Source: the human T2T-CHM13v2.0 reference genome, Homo sapiens. Taken from it: a stretch of 64,000 nucleotides of DNA. Positions within the stretch are counted from its first letter, which is position 1. Each line of letters begins with the position of its first letter. The translations under genes were made by a program, and so were the position numbers. Under the pieces are notes generated by a model. It did no database searches, was not told the origin of the DNA, and worked only from the letters and a program-made list of their open reading frames with translations. The stretch lies in assembly GCF_009914755.1 (NCBI RefSeq), contig NC_060928.1. One strand, written 5' to 3'. Below, in pieces: positions 54,860 to 64,000 of this stretch.

Positions 54860-56350
54860 ATGATTGAATCCTTAGATTATGAAATTAACAAACTTGAATA
54901 TCATGCTGTATTTTTAGAGGCATCATGTGCAGATTGAAGAATCCCATGAAGTACTTAGCAAAATGAATGAAAAGTAAAGAGTATAATATAAAATTAAAAA
55001 AGTAAATTTAATTATCCATATATGTTATAGTAATAAATAAATGGTATAGAAATCACCTATTATAACACAAAGACTCTAAGAATGGAAATAGAGTAAAATA
55101 TAAATAAATGTAGCATATGAGACATTTACAACCAAGTGATTTGTAAAGACCTTTTAGACCATTTAAAAATATGGTGAGTGAAATTAAAAAAATAATAATA
55201 ATTAATAACATAGTTGGAAGATAAAGTCCAGGAACTCTTCCATGGTAAAACTAGAGGAAAATGAAAATGCTCAATAAATGCCCAGCTCATTGAATTATAA
55301 TACACACACACACAAACACACAGGAATATTATTTTTAAATGTTATAATATCAGGAAAAAGCAGAAAATCCACAAAGTTTCCAGAGACTAAAAAAAGGTCA
55401 AATACAAACGTACTGGACCACAGATATCCCAATAGCAACATGGGCTACTAGAATACAAAGAAATGCCTTCAAAATTCCAAGAGAAAATAATTTCAATTTC
55501 AATTTCTAGAATCAAATGTGGTAGAATGAAGTATTTTGATGTGTCATAAAATCTATCTACTATATACCCTTTCTTAGAAAGCTACTGGTAGGTGTAATAC
55601 AATAAAAAATGGCTTAAACTAAGAAAGAGGAAGACATGTTTTCCCAACAATAGCTCCAACCACAAAGCCTAACTATGTCCTAGGATGACACCTATGCAGC
55701 AAGCCTAGAGAGAAATCAGTAGCAGTTGGAGAAGGGTGGAAGACTTCAGGAGAGAGGACTTCAAGAATTGTTAAAATAGATGATGTGATAAAACATTTTA
55801 AATAACTAAGTATATATGGAGAACAATACGAGAATCAACAACAGTGATAATGGCTAATATACAGTGAACTACATTTTATGGGGATAAAGAGAATTATGCA
55901 ACTAAAAACATTAAACAAGTACTCAATTATTAAATTTAGGGAAAAATGCTTTATAAAAAGGGAAAAAATCGGCATACTATTGTATCTATAGTTACCCAGA
56001 TACATATAGTAATAATAAGATAAGCAATGATAGATTTAACTAAAAATGCTGATGTCACTGACTTAGGAAGAGTGTATGGAGAAAATAATGGAATTTGAAA
56101 AAGCAATGTTTTCATCTATCATAATAGAAAGTTAATATATAATGTCCATAACAGGTAATTCAGATAAAAGCAATGTAGGAATATTCTTTCTAAATGCTAA
56201 AACAACTACCGGAAGAAGTTAAGAGTTAAAGGGGTTGCCACACAGAGTATGACCGTGTATCAGACTAGATTTTTTAAAATTATAAAGCCTCCAGAGATAA
56301 TTTACTTTTTAAAATTATCAAATGTACTTGGTTTATTTAAAATGTTTAGT
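54860..56350 (+). mobile_element. HAL1/L1ME-like remnant
   Basis: cagattgaagaatccc..., aatgccttcaaaattc..agagaaaataatttc, aagctactgg, aagaaagaggaagacatg. Confidence 0.55.
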
Positions 56351-56454
56351 AAAGTAAAAGATATGCATTACAAAATAAAGAACAAAGTGGTACTTTCAAA
56401 GATCTCCATTACTTAAAACACTCATTCCAGCCATTTTTACTCCATGACATATAC

Positions 56455-56826
56455 CAAAGTGTGTTAGTGCTAATTCCCACGGTGTAAATATTCCCACTGC
56501 AGTTGATTTCAAGCTGTTAACATAATATCACTGAATGTGGAGTTGAGAAGAGATGCAAAGTAACACACTATTACGTAGTATCTGCATCATACAGACAGAG
56601 TAAATGTAAATAACCTTAAGAGCACAGACAACACTAAAATGTAGTAAAATAATTAGGAACTGATGAGTTTTGAGTATCTATTAACTTTATTTTTAATATA
56701 ATTTATTTAATTTTAAGTTTATAAAAGTTGATTTTTTAATGGTTGTATGGAAAGTATGTAAAATGCTTAGAAATTTAACAATTATTACTCACAAGCCTGT
56801 ATGAGCCAGCTTCAGCACATAGCTGA
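56455..56826 (-). mobile_element. MER63-like hAT (Blackjack) element
   Basis: tgtaaatattcccact..gatttcaagct...aaatgtagtaaaataattagga...gagccagcttcagcaca. Confidence 0.6.
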
Positions 56827-56863
56827 CAGCTAACTTTAACATGCCCATTATACACCTATGGAG

Positions 56864-56950
56864 TGGGATGGATATTAGATGGATAGGATGGATGGGTGGG
56901 TGGATGGATGGGTGGATGGATGGGTGGATGGATGGATGGATGGATGATGG
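56864..56950. repeat. (TGGA)n microsatellite
   Basis: Direct reading. Confidence 0.95.
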
Positions 56951-57669
56951 GTCAAAATGTAACTAACAGAAATGATTAACTATCCAACAGACCATTCTCA
57001 GGGATGAATTTCCTCTTCTGTGATTAATACTTCAAAATTAAAAACCATGTACCCACAATGACAGTCGCTCTGTGTAGTGGCTTTAGTCAAGTGTTGCTAG
57101 TAATTCTTTTATAAAAAGCACCACTGGTTATTTTATGACAGTTTTGGCCACATTCACATAAAAGAAAATCTGACTATTTTATCAAGTAGTACCATCTTCA
57201 AATCTAAAGAAATTATCAATAATTATCAGTCACCATAAATCTGGGCATAGAGTAGCTATTTATCTAAATTACCTGATGAAACTGTATAAGAATTAAGTTC
57301 TTCAAGTAAATTACAAGTATTTGCAGACAGATTTTGTGTCTGGTTTGTTTTTCTAACTTGCACCAATACAATGTTTAAAATTATGTTGGAATTTACCACC
57401 CAATATTACAGTCATTTATGTGTTTTTCTCTTCTGATTAACTGTGTGTTTTCTTTGAAGGTGAAATTTTCATCTTGTTAAATGTATATACCAGTGCCTAG
57501 TTTATATTAACCGCTCACTAAATATTAGTTCGGTTAGATTGAAAAGCTGTCCAATACATATTTATGGAATTAAGTTAATTAGAATGGATCAGAATTTAAT
57601 TTGATGCCATATTAGCATAATCCTAAAAAGGCTATCAAAGTTTTGTGTCATTAGGCAGTATAATGTATT

Positions 57670-57870
57670 CAAGGTGGATTCAAATTCCAGCTCTATTTCT
57701 TATAAGCTTCCAGATCTTCATCAAGTACATAATCTCTGTAAACCTCAGTTTCCCCATCCTAACAAGTAGATAATAATATGGTTGTTAAGGATTAAATCCA
57801 TATAAAGTGCTTAGTGTAATACCTGGCACACAGTAAGCTCTTAATAAATGTTTGCTATTATATTGCTATC
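57670..57870 (+). mobile_element. MIR
   Basis: ttcaaattccagctct...cctcagtttcccc...cctggcacacagtaagctcttaataaatg. Confidence 0.75.
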
Positions 57871-58490
57871 CTTTATGTTATAGATAAACCTGAAATGTAG
57901 TCATAATATATGATTTGCCTGAAGAGTGACGTAGGTCTTTAAAACAGTGACACACATGCAATTGCGCATCACAGGGCTTCTCACAAAATTGAACTTCACA
58001 ATGCCATCAGATTGTCATAGTTTCCCTTCTAGAAAGGGAACCTGTGATTCATTGAGCTAAATCAAGACTGAGTATCAGTTGACTATTGACTTTTGATTTT
58101 TTATTGCCTTAGGTTTGCCTTGATGATATGGCATGTTAATAGAAGCTGGTATATTGGTCTTCAGGTTATCTCATTGGATTTCATGCCAACCATGAAGGTT
58201 GACAGGTTTTTTATTAGTCCTCACAGGAAAACTGATTCTCAAAGTCAAAAGTCTCAAGCAGAGAATACAGGATATTGACCCATCGATTCCCACTATGTAA
58301 AGTCCTTTCTAAGACAGAATACTGACTCTTAAAGATTGCATATCTCATCTCACTTTTCTTACCAAGATTTCTTTCTTGAGATGTGCCATCCAGGGAAATC
58401 AATTATATGTGTTCATTCCTGATCCTCAGTTGTTAACGTAAAGTTGTGTACTGAGGCAAGTTTAAAACATAGCTGAAAATCCTTTGACAT

Positions 58491-60872
58491 TGATATGGTT
58501 TGGCTCTGTGTCCCCACCCAAATCTCACCCCAAATTTTAATTCCCATAAACCCACGTGTCAAGCGTTGGACAAGGTGGAGGTAATTGGGTCATGGGCATG
58601 GTATCCCCCATGCTGTTGTCATGATAGTGAGTGAGTTCTCACCAGATCTGATGTTTTTATGAGCATCTGGCATTTCCTCTGCTTGCGCTCACTCACTCTG
58701 TCCTGCTGACATGGGAAGAAGGTGCCTTGCTTCCCCTTCACCTTCCACCATAATTGAAAGTTTCCTGAGACCTCCCCAGCCATGTTGAACTGTGAATCAA
58801 TTAAGCCTCTTTCTTTTATAAATTACCCATCTCAGGTATTTCCTTATAGCAATGTAAGAACAGACTAATACGTAAATTGATACCGAGGTAGTGGGGCCTT
58901 GCTATAAGATACCTGAGAATGTGGAAGTGACTTTGGAACTCGGTAACAGGTAGAGGTTGGAACCATTTAGAGGGCTCAGAAGAAGACAGGAAGACATGGG
59001 AAATTTGGAACTTCCTAGAGGCTTGTTGAATGGTTTTAACCAAAATGCTACTAGTGATATAGACAATGAAGTCCAGGCTGAGGCAGTCTCAGATGGAGAT
59101 GAGGAAGTTGTTAGGAACCAGAATAAAGGTGACTCTTGCTGTGCTTTAGCAAAGAGATTGTCAGCATTTTGCCCCTACTCTAGAGATTTGTGGAACTTTG
59201 AACTTGAGAGAAAAGATTTAGGGTATCAGGCAGAAGAACTTTCTAAGCAGCAAAGCATTAAAGATGTGACTTGGGTGCTCTTAAAAGCATACGATTTGAT
59301 GCACTCACAAATATATTCCATACACTTGGAATTGGAACTTATGTTTAAAAGGGAAGCAGAGCATAAAGTTTGGAGAATTTGCAGCCTGACAATGCAACAG
59401 AAAAGAAAAACCCATTTTCTGAGGAGAAATTCAAGCCAGCTGCAGAAATTTGCATAAGTAACAAGGAGCCAAATGTTGATTACCAAGACAATGGGGAAAA
59501 TGTCTCCAGGGCACATCAGAGGTCTTCATGGCAGCCCCTCCCATCACAGGCCCAGGAGGTCTAGGAGGAAAAAATGGTTTCCTGTGTTGGCTCCAGGGCC
59601 TTGCTGCTTTGTGCAGTCTCAGGACTTGGTGCCCTGCAACCCAGCCATGGCTAAAAGTGTCTAACATACAGCTCAAACTGTTGCTTCAGGGGGTGCAAGC
59701 ACCAAGCATTGGCAGTTTATACATGGTGTTGGGCCTGTGGGTGCACAGATACCAAGAATTGAGGCTTGAGAGCCTCTGCCTAGATTTCAGAGCATGTATG
59801 GAAATGCCTGGATGTCCAGGGGTGCAGGGGTGGAGCCCTCACAGAGAACCTCTGCTATGGCAACGTGGAAGGGAAATTGGGGGTTGGAGCCCCCACACAG
59901 GGTCCCCACTGGGGCACTGCCTAGTGGAGCTGTGAGAAGAGAGCCACCATCCTCCAGACTCCAGAATGGTAGATCCACCAACAGCTTTCACTATGCACCT
60001 GGAAAAACCAAAAGCACTCAACACCAGCCCATGAAAACAGCTGGGAGCAGGGGGCGTGCTATACCCTGCAAAGCTGCAGGAGCAGAGCTGCCCAAGGGCT
60101 TGGGAGTCTACCTTTTGCATCAGCATGATGTGGATGTGGGGCATGGAGTCAAAGGAGATTATTTTGGAACTTTAAGATTTAATGACTGACCTGTTGAATT
60201 TCAGACTTGCATGGGGCTTGTAGCCCCTCTGTTCCGGCCAGTTTTTCCCATATGAAATGGGAGCATTTATACAATGCCTGTACCCCTATTTTAACTAGGA
60301 AGTAATTAGCTTGCTTTTGATTTTATAGGCTCTTAGGAAGAAGGAACTTCCCTTATCTCAGATGAGACTTTGGACTGTGGACTTTTGAGTTAATGCTGAA
60401 ATGAGTTAAGACTTTGGGGGACTGTTGGGAAGGCATAATTGGTTTTGAAATGCGAAAAGACATGAGATTTGGGAGGAGCCAGGGGCAGAATGATATGGTT
60501 TGGCTGTGTCCCCACCCAAATCTCACCTCGAATTGTAATCCCCATAATCCCACATGTCAAGGGCAGGACCAGGTGGAGGTAATTGGATCATAGGGGTGGT
60601 ATCCCCCATGTTGTTCTCGTGATAATAACTGAGTTCTCACCAGATCTAATGGTTTTATGGGCATCTGGCATTTCCCCTGTTTGCACTCACTCACTCCATG
60701 CCTGCTGCCCTGTGAAGAAGTTGCCTTGCTTCTCCTTTGCCTTCCACCATGATTGTAAGTTTCCTGAAGCTTCCCCAGCAATGTAGTATTGTGACTCAAT
60801 TAAACCTCTTTCCTTTATAAACTACCCAGTCTCAGGTATTTCTTCAAAGCATTGTGAGAATGAACTAATAAA
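58491..60872 (+). mobile_element. Full-length THE1 (THE1C/D) provirus: LTR 58491-58872, internal region, LTR 60491-60872
   Basis: Two tgatatggtttggct LTRs; polypurine tract ggaggagccaggggcagaa; THE1-int peptides (DLWNFELE); TSD gacat / ggcat. Confidence 0.93.
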
Positions 60873-60877
60873 GGCAT

Positions 60878-61398
60878 CTCTTAAATTGAGAAGTGAGATC
60901 TATGTTCCCTTTCTGGAATCTATATAAGCTTGTAATTGCTTCGATCAGTAGAGTATGACAGAAGTGTCACTGTTACTTCTGAGGCTGTGTCACAAAAGGC
61001 TGTGCATCTTCCACCTTGTTCACTACAGCACTTGCTCTTGAAGTACTCAACTGCTATGGGCATGCCATATTAAGAGGAAGCCCAAACTGTATGACCACAA
61101 GTAGAGCGTCTGGTCTATAGTTCCAAGGCAAGACAAATTTAAGTCATTCCAATCCAGAAGTCAGATATGCAAGTGGAGTAACCTCCAGATGACTCCAGCC
61201 TTCAGCCATTCAAGTTACCATCCACTAGCTGTTCCATTATTGCCGGCTAAGTCCCCACACATGAAGCAGAGAAAAGGAGTCCCTAATGTGCTCTGTCAAA
61301 ATTTCTGACCCCCAGAATCTGTGATCATAATAAAATGGTGGTTGTTCTTTACCACTAAATTAGAAATAGTTTGTTATGCACCACTGGTAATTGGAACA
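60878..61398 (+). mobile_element. MLT1H-like LTR (5' part at about 58450-58490) interrupted by the THE1
   Basis: gagaagtgagatctatgttccc...agaagtgtcactg...taataaaatggtggttgtt...tttgttatgca. Confidence 0.65.
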
Positions 61399-62163
61399 TT
61401 TAACATGAACCACAAGGAAAGCCATTGAGATGGAAATTCACAGAAAACAGGAAACACTGAGATGTGCAGGAAAGGACATTGTTGCCAGGAAACTAGACTC
61501 AAGTGTTCACTGTACATATATATATAGCATCTCCTATCTTTTTTTTTTTTAGTACCAGTGAATGTTGTCATTTTCTTACTAATTCCCAGCCTCTATCCTG
61601 TTGCCTGATCTCTGAAGCTATGCCAAGTACCACCAAAATATAGGCTTCAAGGCAATTTCCCTGATTAACTCTATGTGAAATGCAGCTATGCAAGGGAAGA
61701 AATTTTTCAAATACGAGAAAAGGAGAAATGTCTCCTGCTGAGGTAAGAAAGTAAAAGAGCACGAGTTTGGGAAAGACTTTTTCCAAAGGTTATTATCTGT
61801 CCCTATTCTTTGGGGATAAATAATAAGGTATTAAATAATAAGAAATACCATAGACTTTTTAAAAAACCTGGTAGAAAAGAAAGATACTTTATTAATTCAT
61901 CTTACCAAATCATGCTCAAAATCTTATGATGTCTACAAGGTACTGGACATTTATTAGTGCCTGTTATTGCTTCTTTGACCTGATGTGCCTTCACACTATA
62001 AATGTGACAAAATCATTAAGACTTAGCTATATGAGGTATTTCTTTTTCATAATCCTCAAGCTAAAATGTCAAAATACCATCAATTACAAAACTAAAAGAC
62101 AGTATAATTTTCATGGCTGTGAAATAAGTGAATCTCACACAAATGAATGTACAAAAATAATAA

Positions 62164-62481
<318 letters not shown>

Positions 62482-63019
62482 TAATTTTTAAGAAGTCCCC
62501 GTAACTCCCTGTAGTTCTTCAAAGGTATTATTTGACACCGGTCTTAGTAATGACTAACAGTCATAATTCAGTAATAATAAGAGCCATCACCCATTTAATG
62601 CTTTCAGCAATCTTATGAGTTGGTTATCTTTCCCCTCTTTTTAAAGGTGAGGAAATGAATCGGCCCAGAGATATATTACTCATAAGGTGGAACAGGAATA
62701 AAACAGAGGTAGCCTATTTTCAATGCCTATGTGCCAAGGTGACTGTCTAAATAGCACCCAATAATTCAAAACATACTTCCACATGCATCCTTTGTCCTCT
62801 TTGAATCCCGAAAGTATCCCTGTGAGCCAGCCTGTTCTTTCTATTTTACAGATAAAGGCTTATCAGCTCTGGGAGGCTGAGCAAATTTCCCCAAGGAAAA
62901 CCATAGGTATGAAACACGTTTGTATATCACAGCTTCTCAATAAATAAGACTTGAAATGTGTTCATCTGTGAGAAAGACAAAGAATGTATCACTTGAAAAT
63001 ATGGTACCTCTTGAAAAAA

Positions 63020-63950
63020 CACATTTTGGTTTTTGGTGGACCATTTATGGAAAAGAATACAAAATTACAATTACAAAATGTGTTCAGATTGAGAAAATGA
63101 GTCATCATAAATTACAAATTTTTAAAAGCTGAAAATATCTCTAATACTGCATAAGTCTTGAAAATAGCAAAAGGAGTTTTACGAAATAACTGCTAACATG
63201 GTTTGGCAATAGCTTTTCCCTACATTTTTGGTTGCATACTCCCATATGACCTCTTCCTATGACAATGATTTTTAATATATTATGAAAAGAGATCAAAAAG
63301 CTAATTCATTCTTTCTTCTAATATGATTAAAGTTTGTCTTTTATTATTGGAAATTGAGAAGACTTAAGCCCATGACCTCACACATAGACCTCGCTGTTCA
63401 TCAATTGCTACCAGTTTATGTCCTACAAACACAGGAACTCGGATATGTTCTATTTTGCCAGTTCCTGTCCAGTGTATGGGGGGTTGATAATTGTATATGT
63501 TGCATTGTTGATTATATTCCCGACATGAGAGAATGTCCATTTTGACTAGGAAACAAGAAGAACCAAGTCCTCTACAGTGCTTACAATTGTATGCATCCAA
63601 CGACTGGAACAGTTTTTCACCAATTGGCTTTTGAATCTCTGCACTTCAAGCCTTGTTTCTCCTCCACTATCCACATGCTTCCAGTACTGGGCACTGGTGT
63701 ATCACCAGCCACCACTGGCCCTGTACCTTCTGTGGCACACTGCCACCTGAAAACCACTCTCACAAAGAAAATACTGGCAACAATTTAACTGACTGTAAAC
63801 CATAAATACATACATTATTTGGGAAAAAGATTCCCAAAAATGTTCACAGACCCTCAAAGGCCACCTGACTGGAGAGTAAATATGACTGAGAGGAAATCAA
63901 AGAGTAACAAAACTAGGGCCCAAAGAGGTTGCAGTTAGATACTGTAGTGT
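63020..63950. mobile_element. Putative ancient hAT DNA transposon remnant
   Basis: gaaaagaatacaaaattaca...aaattacaaatttttaaaagctga resembles old hAT-Tip100-type elements as I recall them; family uncertain. Confidence 0.35.
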
Positions 63951-64000
63951 TGCAAATTTTACAAAAACCTATGTCCATGGGAAAACATTGCCTGAACCAT

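Noticed and set aside
58957-60189. 130-166 aa ORFs
   Set aside because: They are THE1 internal-region remnants.

Overview
AT-rich primate (human-like) genomic DNA with no intact protein-coding gene. Roughly half is interspersed repeats: L1PA/PB/MA, Alu/FLAM, MIR/L2, MaLR (MLT1, MSTB, a complete THE1), ERVL and ERV1 solo LTRs, and old DNA transposons, often nested and with visible target-site duplications (TSDs). The main non-repeat signal is a decayed, intron-containing gene on the minus strand, from about 25.4 kb down to about 5.55 kb. I can read about 9 exon-like blocks, most with canonical AG/GT boundaries and with matching reading phases across three junctions, broken by stops and frameshifts. 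Several translated motifs resemble, in the same order, the multi-RGS-domain RGSL1/RGS22 family as I recall it. That family call is from memory, not a database search. The window also holds a twin-primed L1, an L1MA carrying an internal copy of its own target site, and several template-switch-like micro-rearrangements.
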